Assembly: GCA_050259195.1 (NCBI GenBank)
Contig: JBLNAE010000090.1
Span: forward strand, 1-35,641
DNA from: Ignavibacteriales bacterium
Lineage (GTDB): Bacteria; Desulfobacterota_D; UBA1144; Nemesobacterales; CSP1-2
Direction of reading: 5' to 3'
DNA: 35,641 bases
In this document: one piece after another, positions 16,318-25,497 of the stretch
How the letters are laid out: the number at the start of each line of letters is the position of its first letter
How positions within the stretch are numbered: the first letter of the stretch is position 1
Made by a program: the position numbers and the translations under genes
The notes under the pieces: model-generated
Told to the model about the DNA's origin: nothing
Databases searched by the model: none
Seen by the model: only the letters and a program-made list of their open reading frames with translations

Positions 16318-17402
16318 GAGATAATATTTACTCCCTGTGAATTTTGAGAAGTACTTTTTCTTACAACCGCTCTAATGACCCTGGCTATGGAATTTCCTCG
16401 TCCCAGGCTACCCGTAGATGTTATAGAAAACACGTCGCTTTTGCCCGTGGTTAGAACAACGCCACTTAAGCCAGCGCTGATTGGAATTGACGGATCGACA
16501 TTCTCCTTCTGCACTATTTCGCGCACCCTTCTTTGATCAATCACGGAGTTGTCTTTTCTCGCATCTATCACAGCATTGGCAATACTTTCCGCGGTATCAT
16601 CTCTTAGATCTTCTTGAGAGGCACTTCCTTGTCTTGGAAAAGCCGAAACCGATGCGCCCTCTAGCGCAGCCATCATCACGACCTTGGGAGCGGTGCTGAA
16701 ATTTATCTTTTTGTCCGTTGGATAAACCGTAACGTAGTCTTTAATTTTATTGAAGAAATCATCATCCATTCCGCTTATCATTCGAATTTCTTCAACGCTG
16801 TCCAGCGGCCCATCTTTTATCTGATAAGGATTTTGCAGCTTTGCATAGAACTCAGCATTTGCTCCGTTTGGGTCTTGGTCATTATTTTGCTGCCCCGATA
16901 TTGGATGGTCGAGCCAATTGATCAGGCTTGAGATAAAACGCGAGGATTTACCATTATCCACTCCCACCTTTCTGAAAAGCTCGGTAATCTCTTTGAGGAC
17001 CTGTTGGTCAACCTGATTCGTGATCTGGTTTACAATGGCATTGAGATTTACCTTTGATCGCTCATCAACAACCACAACGGATGCAACTCCGTCTCCAACT
17101 GGGAGAGAGGGAATCGTAATATCCCAGTACCCTTGGGAATTTCCGCTTTGGTCGCCGAGCAGACCCGAAATTGACGTTAGACTCTCAGGAGACTCATTCC
17201 TTATCGTTCCCGCAATTATGTATACACCTGACTTTGCAATGTATTGCGATTTCATAGCATCTCTTGAATTGGCCGATATTTCCGTATTTATTTGCGTGAA
17301 ATAGATGAGATCAACGACAAGAGTCGTAAGGATTGCGACGACAATAAGCACGATAATGAGCACAACGCCACTTTCGGATTTTCTTTTGAAGTTATTGTTC
17401 AT
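16302..17402 (-). CDS. gspK: Type II secretion system minor pseudopilin GspK
   Basis: N-terminal hydrophobic helix SGVVLIIVLIVVAILTTLV without the Glu5 pattern, plus size and position after gspJ. NLN...DQ-type GspK core motifs are present. Confidence 0.8.
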   Translation of the reverse strand: MNNNFKRKSESGVVLIIVLIVVAILTTLVVDLIYFTQINTEISANSRDAMKSQYIAKSGVYIIAGTIRNESPESLTSISGLLGDQSGNSQGYWDITIPSLPVGDGVASVVVVDERSKVNLNAIVNQITNQVDQQVLKEITELFRKVGVDNGKSSRFISSLINWLDHPISGQQNNDQDPNGANAEFYAKLQNPYQIKDGPLDSVEEIRMISGMDDDFFNKIKDYVTVYPTDKKINFSTAPKVVMMAALEGASVSAFPRQGSASQEDLRDDTAESIANAVIDARKDNSVIDQRRVREIVQKENVDPSIPISAGLSGVVLTTGKSDVFSITSTGSLGRGNSIARVIRAVVRKSTSQNSQGVNIISWKEQ

Positions 17403-17415
17403 GAGTTATTCCAAC

Positions 17416-17446
17416 TGTAGGGGCGACCCGGCGGGTCGCCCCTACA
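17416..17446. repeat. Perfect 14-bp-stem GC-rich palindrome between gspJ and gspK
   Basis: tgtaggggcgaccc-ggc-gggtcgcccctaca. It lies in the only sizeable (64-nt) gap in the pseudopilin block, and no U-run follows on the coding strand. Confidence 0.7.
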
Positions 17447-17466
17447 AATGCACTATTCAACCTCTT

Positions 17467-18225
17467 TTAATCCGCTATAGGAATTAATACAATAGAGTTA
17501 AACTCAAAGTCCTCTCCCTTGGCGCTTCTTAAGGTTAATGTTATGTCAACGGCTCTTGGAAGAGAGGATGTTTGCGCCGAATCCCAGTCATTGATGAATT
17601 CATCTCCATCAGTCTTCATATATGTAAGGGTAAATCCCACCACGCGCTCAGAAAGCGGGTATTCAATCGCGCTGGAGTCGCTCCCAACCCTTGGGTTTTC
17701 CCTTCTCATAAGAAAAAAGAGATCGCTCTGGGGAACCGGCTTCAAGTAATATGTGATCTCGGCTTGGTCTGAGTCCCCTGAGTTTATTCCTCCCGCGTGG
17801 GATAGAGACGTAAAGTCAACTGAACTACGCCCACCCTGTTGCTCCGCCTTTCCAACAAAAAAAGAGGATGCGGAAGCACCCTGAACCGGATAAATCATGC
17901 CCCTCGGATATGCCATTGATAAGTCTTCGGTCATCTTGGATATGATAACTCTCGCCTCATGATAAAGTTCAAGCTTGTCTTCGGCGGAATCCTTTGCGTT
18001 TACGATTTGGAAGAAAGAGGCATAGAGGACGGTTAAAACTATTGCCCCGATAAAAATGGCAAGGAGCACCTCAAGCAGTGTGAATCCTCCGGATCCGCAA
18101 TATTCCTGTCTCTGATTCAGTCGGTGAGATCGGGAATCCAGAGGGACGAAAGGGACGAATAGGAGCTTTCGGCTGATCTCGACCGTGAGGCTTGCGGTTG
18201 ATGGCATCCGATTGCTCTTGTTCAT
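17467..18225 (-). CDS. gspJ: Type II secretion system minor pseudopilin GspJ (start uncertain)
   Basis: Prepilin-type motif GGFTLLEVLLAIFIGAIVL. The track start at 18303 would overlap gspI by 53 nt. The first ATG after the gspI stop is 18225, which still leaves about 47 aa before the G|F cleavage motif. Confidence 0.75.
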   Translation of the reverse strand: MNKSNRMPSTASLTVEISRKLLFVPFVPLDSRSHRLNQRQEYCGSGGFTLLEVLLAIFIGAIVLTVLYASFFQIVNAKDSAEDKLELYHEARVIISKMTEDLSMAYPRGMIYPVQGASASSFFVGKAEQQGGRSSVDFTSLSHAGGINSGDSDQAEITYYLKPVPQSDLFFLMRRENPRVGSDSSAIEYPLSERVVGFTLTYMKTDGDEFINDWDSAQTSSLPRAVDITLTLRSAKGEDFEFNSIVLIPIAD

Positions 18226-18250
18226 CGCAATCACGGTTTTTAGAGAACCA

Positions 18251-18613
18251 CTACTTGAGGTTAGCCATCGCCAATGTGAGTTCAAACTCTTTTCTCCCTT
18301 CATCCCAGGTAATGAGTAAACGAACCGTTCTTATTTCCGTGTTGAGTCCCGGAACAGTTGCAGGCACTATGGAGAGAAACCATCTAAATCCAGGAGCCTC
18401 CGTGAAATCCCCCTGCTCCTGTCTCGGGTCCGGGAATCCCTCAAGCTCGATCTCCGCGAGTTTCCTTTGTGCTAGGGTCTCAGCAACAACAAGGTCTTTT
18501 GACCGAGAAGTAAGGATTAAATTTCTATTTACAGACCCCAAAAGCACGGCAAGTGCAGAGCCGAGTATTGCAACAGCAACGAGAACCTCAAGGAGAAGAA
18601 ACCCAGAATCCAT
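18251..18613 (-). CDS. gspI: Type II secretion system minor pseudopilin GspI
   Basis: MDSGFLLLEVLVAVAILGSAL prepilin motif. The ATG at 18613 gives a canonical short leader and removes the overlap with gspH; the track start was 18673. Confidence 0.75.
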   Translation of the reverse strand: MDSGFLLLEVLVAVAILGSALAVLLGSVNRNLILTSRSKDLVVAETLAQRKLAEIELEGFPDPRQEQGDFTEAPGFRWFLSIVPATVPGLNTEIRTVRLLITWDEGRKEFELTLAMANLK

Positions 18614-18644
18614 TGTAGAGAGGCAAAATTTTGCGTCTCTACTC

Positions 18645-19157
18645 TTATTTCTGAAAAAGGTCAACATACTCATCGAGAACTATGGTTCCCCCGGTATAGG
18701 GCTTTGTAGCTATTGTATAATCAACGCCTCCTTCGGTCTCCAGGTGAATCACGGCAGGCTCAACGAATCCGGTCGGCATAAACAGTATGAATTCTCCGCT
18801 TCCCTTTACACTCTTTCCAGGGCTTCGCTGAGTCATTATATCCTTAAAATAAACTCCATCAGGAAGCTTCTTTATCCCCAAAAGAGGGTCATCTGTAGGT
18901 GCCTTAAACTCATTTCCATCGAGAACCTGTATCCAGTATTCACCCCTATCAATATCAAATGCGAGCTTATAGACGGTTTTCTTAAAAATGGCCTCGCTGT
19001 AGAGATACATTATTGTTCCACTTAGTCTCCGTGATGCGCTTTTAATATTTACCTCAGTGATACTCTCAAACTTGGGTATGGCTACTAATAAGAAAGCACC
19101 TACCAGAACAATCACTACGGCAAGCTCTATAAGCGTAAACCCCTTTTTATCTTTCAT
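18645..19157 (-). CDS. gspH: Type II secretion system minor pseudopilin GspH
   Basis: MKDKKGFTLIELAVVIVLVG prepilin motif; 170 aa; 4-nt overlap with the gspG stop. Confidence 0.75.
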   Translation of the reverse strand: MKDKKGFTLIELAVVIVLVGAFLLVAIPKFESITEVNIKSASRRLSGTIMYLYSEAIFKKTVYKLAFDIDRGEYWIQVLDGNEFKAPTDDPLLGIKKLPDGVYFKDIMTQRSPGKSVKGSGEFILFMPTGFVEPAVIHLETEGGVDYTIATKPYTGGTIVLDEYVDLFQK

Positions 19158-19585
19158 TGAATGTTCCGACTCGATATATCGTCATCGCTCGGATAAACAC
19201 CATCGGGTCCGGGCGATATAATTTCATAAGAGCCGTCCTGGGTTTGATCGGGACCTATGTACTTAAACTCATTCCCCCACTGATCCTTAGGGACTTGGGG
19301 CTTATCAAGGTATCCTTCTCTCGCGTAGTTCTGGGGAATCCGTCCGACGGTTGGAGGGGCAGTCAAAGCTTCAAGCCCCTGTTGAGTTTCGGGATAAAAG
19401 CCATTATCAAGTTTAAACTGTTGTAGCCCACTCTCAAGGTTTTTGATCTGAATCTTTGTAGTCTCAACTCTTGCTTTTCCAAGCCTGCCTATAACATTCG
19501 TGCTCACTACATATGCAAGCCCAGCAATGATGACCAGAACCACCATGATTTCAATAAGCGTAAAACCGCCTTCTTGTGACCTCAT
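19154..19585 (-). CDS. gspG: Type II secretion system major pseudopilin GspG
   Basis: MRSQEGGFTLIEIMVVLVIIAGL, then KARVETTKIQIKNLESGLQQFKLDNGFYP and a C-terminal PGPDG...DDDISS calcium-site-like motif. Confidence 0.88.
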   Translation of the reverse strand: MRSQEGGFTLIEIMVVLVIIAGLAYVVSTNVIGRLGKARVETTKIQIKNLESGLQQFKLDNGFYPETQQGLEALTAPPTVGRIPQNYAREGYLDKPQVPKDQWGNEFKYIGPDQTQDGSYEIISPGPDGVYPSDDDISSRNIQ

Positions 19586-19595
19586 TTAAAACCTC

Positions 19596-20804
19596 CTATC
19601 TGCCAATAGTAGATGTTAAATCAAATATAGGAAGAAGAATTGCAAAAACTATAAACCCGATAACCACACCGATTGCCAGTATCATAACAGGCTCAAGCAG
19701 AGACGTAAGCGTAGAGACCGAAGTTTCGATCTGAAGGTCATATATATTTGCAATCTTTGAGAGCATCTCCTCCATCTCTCCAGTCTGCTCCCCCACGGTT
19801 ATCATTCGTGTCATAAGCGGCGGGAACACACCGCTTTCTCTCAAAGGCCCCGCAAGACTCGTTCCCTCCCTTACGTTTTCACGAACCTTTTTTAGGGTTT
19901 CGACGTAGACTGCATTTCCTAAGACCGCCTCTCCAATTTCGAGCGCATCGAGAAGCGGGATTCCACTGCCAAGAAGGGTCCCGAGCGTGCGCGTGAATCT
20001 CGATATTATGACCATTTTTATAATTTTCCCAAATATTGGGAGCCTAAGAATCAAACGATCGAATAATGCACTCCCGCGTTCAGTTTTGGTGAAGCGGTAG
20101 GCAATAAAAATCAAACCGACAAATAAAAGAAAAAGAGCGACGAGGTTGTGGCTTAGAAAATCACTAAACTTTATAAGCACTATTGTGATAAGCGGCAGGG
20201 CTTTTCGGCTTTCCTCAAATATTTTTGCTATCTTAGGGATAATGTATGTCATCATAAAAAAGAGAACACCGCTCCCTATAAAGAACATAAATATCGGATA
20301 AATAAGCGCGCTCCTTATACGTGATCGAAGAGCCATCTGTTTTTCAAGAAAATCCGCAAGTCTAAGGAGTACAATATCGAGTGTGCCGCTTGCCTCGCCC
20401 GCTTTTACGATGTTTATATAAAGATTAGAAAATGCGTTTGGATGCTCTCTGAGTGCGCCAGCTAAAGAACTGCCTTCGCTCACTCTGTCTCTTACATGAG
20501 TGAGCACCTGGCTGAGTTTTGCATCTTCCGTCTGTTCAGAGAGCGCAACAAGAGACGCTTCAAGCGGAAACCCTGCAGAAATAAGGGTAGAAAATTGCCT
20601 TGTCGTCACTACAAGCTCTCCCGCGTTTATACCTTTAAATAGAAAAAACTTTCTTGCCTTCTCCTTTTTAACCTCACCGAGAGAAGAGAGAAACATACTC
20701 TGACGCTTCAGCTTCTCAGTTGCGGCCTTAGGGGATTCGGCGTCTATCGTCCCCTGTACCGTCTTTCCCCTTTCGTTAATCGCTTTGTATTTATAAACAG
20801 GCAT
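19596..20804 (-). CDS. gspF: Type II secretion system inner-membrane platform protein GspF
   Basis: 402 aa with two GspF repeats (TRQFSTLISAGFPLEASL and TRTLGTLLGSGIPLLDAL) and three TM segments. Confidence 0.9.
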   Translation of the reverse strand: MPVYKYKAINERGKTVQGTIDAESPKAATEKLKRQSMFLSSLGEVKKEKARKFFLFKGINAGELVVTTRQFSTLISAGFPLEASLVALSEQTEDAKLSQVLTHVRDRVSEGSSLAGALREHPNAFSNLYINIVKAGEASGTLDIVLLRLADFLEKQMALRSRIRSALIYPIFMFFIGSGVLFFMMTYIIPKIAKIFEESRKALPLITIVLIKFSDFLSHNLVALFLLFVGLIFIAYRFTKTERGSALFDRLILRLPIFGKIIKMVIISRFTRTLGTLLGSGIPLLDALEIGEAVLGNAVYVETLKKVRENVREGTSLAGPLRESGVFPPLMTRMITVGEQTGEMEEMLSKIANIYDLQIETSVSTLTSLLEPVMILAIGVVIGFIVFAILLPIFDLTSTIGR

Positions 20805-20817
20805 CTTTTACAATCAG

Positions 20818-20871
20818 AATCCAGAATACAGGAGTCAGAAGTTTTCTTCTGGATTTCGAATTCTGACTCCT
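20818..20871. repeat. Two interleaved inverted repeats in the gspE-gspF intergenic spacer
   Basis: Pair A is aatccagaa (20818-20826) / ttctggatt (20847-20855). Pair B is aggagtcagaa (20830-20840) / ttctgactcct (20861-20871). The order A-B-A'-B' implies mutually exclusive hairpins or a pseudoknot. Confidence 0.55.
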
Positions 20872-20880
20872 AAATTCTAA

Positions 20881-22560
20881 TCACATCTCGTCCTCTTCCG
20901 TAACACGCATGACCTCGTCTATTGAAGTCAAGCCCTTAAGAACCTTTTCCGCACCGTCCATCCTCAGCGTGGACATTCCATGTTCAATCGCCTTTTTCTT
21001 TATCGTCGTAGAGTCCACAGCACTCAGCGTAAGACCTCGAATTTCGTCATCAATAATAAGGGTTTCAAATATCCCGCTTCTTCCGCTGTAACCCATATTA
21101 AGACACTCGCTGCAGCCCTTCGCCCGATACAGCCTCCCTCCTGGAAGTTCACCTCTATCAATATCTATTTTTTTCAGCTCATCCTCAAGGGGCGTATAAA
21201 GCTCCTTGCATGAGCGGCAGAGAAACCGAATGAGTCTCTGCGCCACGACAGCGATAAGAGAGGATGCTACAAGGAAAGGCTCGATTCCCATATCCACAAG
21301 CCTCGTTATTGCGCTTGCGGAGTCGTTTGTATGGAGTGTAGAAAAAACAAGGTGTCCCGTAAGCGATGCGTGGATCGCGATGTCCGCAGTTTCCCTGTCT
21401 CTGATTTCACCTACTAAGATCACATCTGGATCTTGACGCAGAACCGATCTCAGGCCGTTTGCAAACGTGAGGTTCACTTTTGAGTTTACCTGAATCTGGT
21501 TTATTCCCTGGATCTGGTACTCAATCGGGTCTTCAATCGTGATGATCTTTTTATCGGGAGAATTAATCCTCTCAAGGGCAGCATAAAGAGTAGTCGTTTT
21601 TCCGCTTCCCGTAGGGCCTGTGACAAGAATGATTCCATGCGGGCGATGAATAAGAGAATTTACCGTATCGAGTTTTTTACCCTCAAACCCCAGCTCTTCC
21701 AACTCAAGGAGAACCGTAGAGCGGTCGAGGAGTCTCATTACGACGCTCTCCCCGTGAGATGTGGGAACGGCAGATATACGGACGTCAACGTCGCGTCCTG
21801 CGATCTTTACCCTTATCCTTCCATCCTGGGGCTTTCTCTTCTCCGCAATATCAAGCTCAGCCATAATCTTTACCCTTGATATAATGGATGACTGAAGTCT
21901 CTTTGGAACCGCCGTTATTTTATGGAGGATCCCATCTTTTCTAAATCTCACAACGACATCTTTTTCAAAGCACTCTACGTGAATGTCGCTTGCCTTCTCC
22001 TTTACCGCCTGAAAAAGGAGCGAGTTTACAAACCTAATTATCGGCGCCTCGTCTTCTGCTTCAAGAAGGTCTTTAGGTTCCTGAAACTCGGACTCTGTAA
22101 TTCCCATCGTTCCATTTTCAATCCCATCCCTCATCTCCGTACCCCGCTCATAGACCCTGTTTATGCAGTCTATAACTACAGGACCGAGCGCAAGAAACGG
22201 CTCTACTTCACATCCAAAAAGCGACCTTACCTCATCAAGCGCATATAGGTCGAGAGGTGGGGCAAAAACCACTATGACCTTTCCGTCTCCCCTCTTTAAG
22301 GGAATCAGCTTGAACTTTTTTGCAAAGCTGATGGGAATGAGCTTTATAAGCTCCGAGTCAATCTCTCTCTCAGATATGGCGCTTATATGGGGAATTCCAT
22401 AGAACTCTGAAAGGACCTCCAGGGCTTCATCATCGTCCAAGATCTTTGATTTCAAAAACGCTTCTTCAAACTTTTCGCCGTTTTTATTATTGATTAGATC
22501 GTCAATCTTCCCCTGCGCCGCAGGGTTTCTCTCACTTATTATTTCCTCAAGCCTCTTCAC
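20881..22560 (-). CDS. gspE: Type II secretion system ATPase GspE
   Basis: Walker A VTGPTGSGKTTT, Asp/His boxes, and the tetracysteine CRSCK...CSEC. The track start (TTG at 22581) has no properly spaced SD. The GTG at 22560 sits 7 nt after AGGGGG and is preferred; the start remains uncertain. Confidence 0.9.
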   Translation of the reverse strand: MKRLEEIISERNPAAQGKIDDLINNKNGEKFEEAFLKSKILDDDEALEVLSEFYGIPHISAISEREIDSELIKLIPISFAKKFKLIPLKRGDGKVIVVFAPPLDLYALDEVRSLFGCEVEPFLALGPVVIDCINRVYERGTEMRDGIENGTMGITESEFQEPKDLLEAEDEAPIIRFVNSLLFQAVKEKASDIHVECFEKDVVVRFRKDGILHKITAVPKRLQSSIISRVKIMAELDIAEKRKPQDGRIRVKIAGRDVDVRISAVPTSHGESVVMRLLDRSTVLLELEELGFEGKKLDTVNSLIHRPHGIILVTGPTGSGKTTTLYAALERINSPDKKIITIEDPIEYQIQGINQIQVNSKVNLTFANGLRSVLRQDPDVILVGEIRDRETADIAIHASLTGHLVFSTLHTNDSASAITRLVDMGIEPFLVASSLIAVVAQRLIRFLCRSCKELYTPLEDELKKIDIDRGELPGGRLYRAKGCSECLNMGYSGRSGIFETLIIDDEIRGLTLSAVDSTTIKKKAIEHGMSTLRMDGAEKVLKGLTSIDEVMRVTEEDEM

Positions 22561-22629
22561 ATCAGTACCCCCTTTTTTCAAACCCCTTTTGCTGAAGGGA
22601 CATATTTCGCTTTAAAAGAAAATATTGAG

Positions 22630-25353
22630 TCATTGGAGTATCATGGGTTTCTCATAGCCCCTTTGCTGAAGGCGCATGTTTTGCTTCTGTCTTTCTTCAA
22701 GGATTTTCTGCATATCGGCTTCATCTTTAACTATCTTTGGTGAAAGAACAATCATAAGATTTACCTTTTGGCTCTGTGTCGTTTTAAACTTAAAAAGATA
22801 GCCAAGAATCGGAATATCGCCAAGGAGCGGAACCTTGCTTACGCTGACAGTTTCTCTATCCGAAACGAGCCCCCCAATTACGATTGTTTGGCCATCTTTT
22901 ACAACCACTGACGAATCGGCGCTTCTCGTGTTCGTTGCAATACCTAATTGCTGAGTGTTGAGACCGGCAGGTGCTGTCGTCGTATTAGAAACCTCTATGT
23001 GTATGTTTAAACTCAAGTAGTCGCCTTCGCCAATCTGAGGAACAATGTCAAGCAGTATACCGACGGGTTCACGGTCTATCGTCTGTACAGTAACGCCGCT
23101 TTGTGCGACGGTGCTTCCAGTAGGAAAGGGAATCACATCGGCTACGGTAATTTGTGCCTCCTGATTATCCCTTGTAAGAAGGCTGGGAGTAGAGAGAACG
23201 TTAGCATCGTTCAGAGAAGAAAGGGCTTGAACAAGGGCAGAATAGGCTGGAATTTGAACGCCATTAATATTGACCGTTTTACCAACAACCCCCAGGAATA
23301 ACCCAGATACGCCTCCAAGCGAAGTTGCCAAAGTCTGAGGGCTTGCCGCAACACCAAAAAGGCTCGGCAGCCCTGGAAGATTAGTTCCGACAAAGCCGCC
23401 CCCGTTATCAAATGTAAAACCGAGGCTAAAGCTTGTCCCAAGCGCTCTTAGATTGTTAAGACTCACTTCGAGTATCGCAGCCTCAACATACACCTGTTTT
23501 CTTCTTATATCCAGCTCATCAACAACCTTTTTTACAGTTTCATAATCCCTGCGCGAGCCTACAATTATAATGGAATTCGTAGCAGGGTCGGCTGTGATTC
23601 TTATACCCTCTGCGGCAACCGCCGAAATTCCGCCCCCGCTAGGATATTCCCTTTGAATTTGTCCTCCCACCGATTGTCCAACACCGCCAAGGGTCCCGGT
23701 TTGCCCACCTGGCAATAGAGTCCCCGTCTGCCCACCTTGGTATTGGCCTCCGAAGGTCCCCCCTCCCAATCCTCCTAGCCCACCCAATCCAGTGGTTCTT
23801 CCTCCTATTCCTCTACGTGTGGGCTGCGTGGGTGCCACAGCCCCGCCTCCTCCAGAGATTAAACTAGAGAGAACTCCAACCACCTCTGTAGCGTCTGCGT
23901 TTTGAAGGCGGATTACATAGATTCCCTGCTCCGGCTGCTCTATCTCAACGTCGAGCTTTTCAATCACCGCTTTAATCTTGGACATATCCTGAGGACGGGC
24001 AATTATTATGAGCGAATTAGTCCTTTCATCCGTGATTATTTTAAGCCCTAAAGCTCCCTGCTCTCCCCTAGCCGCTCCTGAAGTGGCACGGGTTGGAACA
24101 CGCGCAGGACGCCTTTGAACTTGCGGCTGAAACACGCCCGGCTGAGCAGGGGTTTCAACGCTTGGAGCCACACTCTCTCCACCAAAGATGTCCGTAAGCG
24201 TCGCGGCAACATCTGCAGCGTCAGCGTGTTTAATCTTTACGAACTCAATTCCGGTTTCCGCATCAATATTCCCAATGATTTTGAGGATTCTGTTAAGATT
24301 CGACGCCGTATCTATTATAATGAGCGTATTTGAAGACGGGTAAGCTATGACATCTCCCTCTTTCGAGACAATTGGCTTTAGCGCATTTGCAATCTCTACA
24401 GCGTTTATATTCTTAAGTGGAACGAGTCTTGTAACGAACTTATCTGAGGGAGAGCCGTATTCAAGCCCGATACCCGTAGGGAGGCTTTCAGTTTTTATCT
24501 CCCTCTTGGGGATTATCTTGCTTATGCTATCCTTTTTTACTATCGCAAATCCGTTTAAGTCCAAGATCGCCTCAAAGAGCCTGAGAGCGTTTTGTTTCTT
24601 AAACCCCTCCCTAGGCGTCACGATTGTTACCCTCTTGCCCTTTACCGATTCATCCAAAATGAACGTCTGCCCGGTGATTTCACTCATCGTCTGAATCAAG
24701 TCCCTTATGTCCATCTCATTCTGAAGGTTTATTATCTCTTCTTGAGGGGCAGTTGCCTGCGCCGCCTTGGGTTGATTTATCTGGGATTGCAGGAATTCTT
24801 CCTGAGACCTTACTCGTCTCCTTTGTGTAAAGGCCCTTTCTTGAGGAATCTCTAAAACCTGTCCTACGGTTACTCCGTCACTTTTAAGGCCGTTGGCATT
24901 TCTTAGTTCTTCGACTGAGACATGGAACCTTCTTGCTATACCAGATAATGTGTCTCCCTCTTTAACCGTGTAACTCGTCTTTTCCGCAGCGGGGAATTTC
25001 GTCTCTTGTTTCTCGGTACCGATATTTGGCGGTTGAGGAGAAACCTCTTTAGAAACCCCCGGAATCGGAGCCACAGTTTCTTCTTGTTCGACCTCTTCGT
25101 TTGTTTGGACCCCTTCTTTGTTGTTCTGAGCTATTGTACGCTGGCTTATTTCTCCGGTGAATGTTTTATCCAATTTTGTTGCCCTTTGTCCTTTCTTTTG
25201 AACCTGACAACGAGAGCAAAGTATCAAGGGGTTATTACTATGGTATCTGTTATATACATCGTCTTGGCGCGGCTGGGAAGAAACCCAATCGCGATATCCG
25301 TCTAAAGCCAAAATAAGCACAGAGATCAAAAAAGGCTGAAGGGCTTTTTTCAT
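22630..25353 (-). CDS. gspD: Type II secretion system secretin GspD with an N-terminal LysM domain and a Gly-rich insert
   Basis: Signal peptide, then Lys[30 protein letters not shown]...GQVLEIP (nt 24844-24972). N0-N3 repeats follow, then a roughly 75-aa G/Q/T-rich tract (nt 23629-23856). The secretin core is [14 protein letters not shown]...[14 protein letters not shown]. Confidence 0.9.
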   Translation of the reverse strand: MKKALQPFLISVLILALDGYRDWVSSQPRQDDVYNRYHSNNPLILCSRCQVQKKGQRATKLDKTFTGEISQRTIAQNNKEGVQTNEEVEQEETVAPIPGVSKEVSPQPPNIGTEKQETKFPAAEKTSYTVKEGDTLSGIARRFHVSVEELRNANGLKSDGVTVGQVLEIPQERAFTQRRRVRSQEEFLQSQINQPKAAQATAPQEEIINLQNEMDIRDLIQTMSEITGQTFILDESVKGKRVTIVTPREGFKKQNALRLFEAILDLNGFAIVKKDSISKIIPKREIKTESLPTGIGLEYGSPSDKFVTRLVPLKNINAVEIANALKPIVSKEGDVIAYPSSNTLIIIDTASNLNRILKIIGNIDAETGIEFVKIKHADAADVAATLTDIFGGESVAPSVETPAQPGVFQPQVQRRPARVPTRATSGAARGEQGALGLKIITDERTNSLIIIARPQDMSKIKAVIEKLDVEIEQPEQGIYVIRLQNADATEVVGVLSSLISGGGGAVAPTQPTRRGIGGRTTGLGGLGGLGGGTFGGQYQGGQTGTLLPGGQTGTLGGVGQSVGGQIQREYPSGGGISAVAAEGIRITADPATNSIIIVGSRRDYETVKKVVDELDIRRKQVYVEAAILEVSLNNLRALGTSFSLGFTFDNGGGFVGTNLPGLPSLFGVAASPQTLATSLGGVSGLFLGVVGKTVNINGVQIPAYSALVQALSSLNDANVLSTPSLLTRDNQEAQITVADVIPFPTGSTVAQSGVTVQTIDREPVGILLDIVPQIGEGDYLSLNIHIEVSNTTTAPAGLNTQQLGIATNTRSADSSVVVKDGQTIVIGGLVSDRETVSVSKVPLLGDIPILGYLFKFKTTQSQKVNLMIVLSPKIVKDEADMQKILEERQKQNMRLQQRGYEKPMILQ

Positions 25354-25497
25354 ATCATGGGTTCCTCTTATCGTGTAGTCATTGAGAGCTCTATTTTCTT
25401 TCCGTAACTATATATTCTACCTCTGCGCCCAAATCCAATCTTCCGCCAATCGTTTTTTGACCCCTCCATCTAAGAACCCTTAGATCATTTATTTTTC

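Noticed and set aside
18192-19025. 277-aa plus-strand ORF across gspJ/gspI/gspH
   Set aside because: It is antisense to three pseudopilin genes with unmistakable prepilin motifs. It has no recognisable motifs and no RBS, so it is a shadow ORF.
22584-22674. 16-nt direct repeat cccct(t)ttgctgaagg, once in the gspD-gspE spacer and once in the gspD 3' coding end
   Set aside because: There are only two copies, one of them coding (LQQRG). I see no structural or positional logic, so it is likely chance or a small local duplication.
23629-23856. Short tandem-looking nucleotide repeats, a possible CRISPR or satellite
   Set aside because: They lie in frame within gspD, encoding the Gly/Gln/Thr-rich tract. 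The repeat units are irregular, with no spacer-repeat periodicity.
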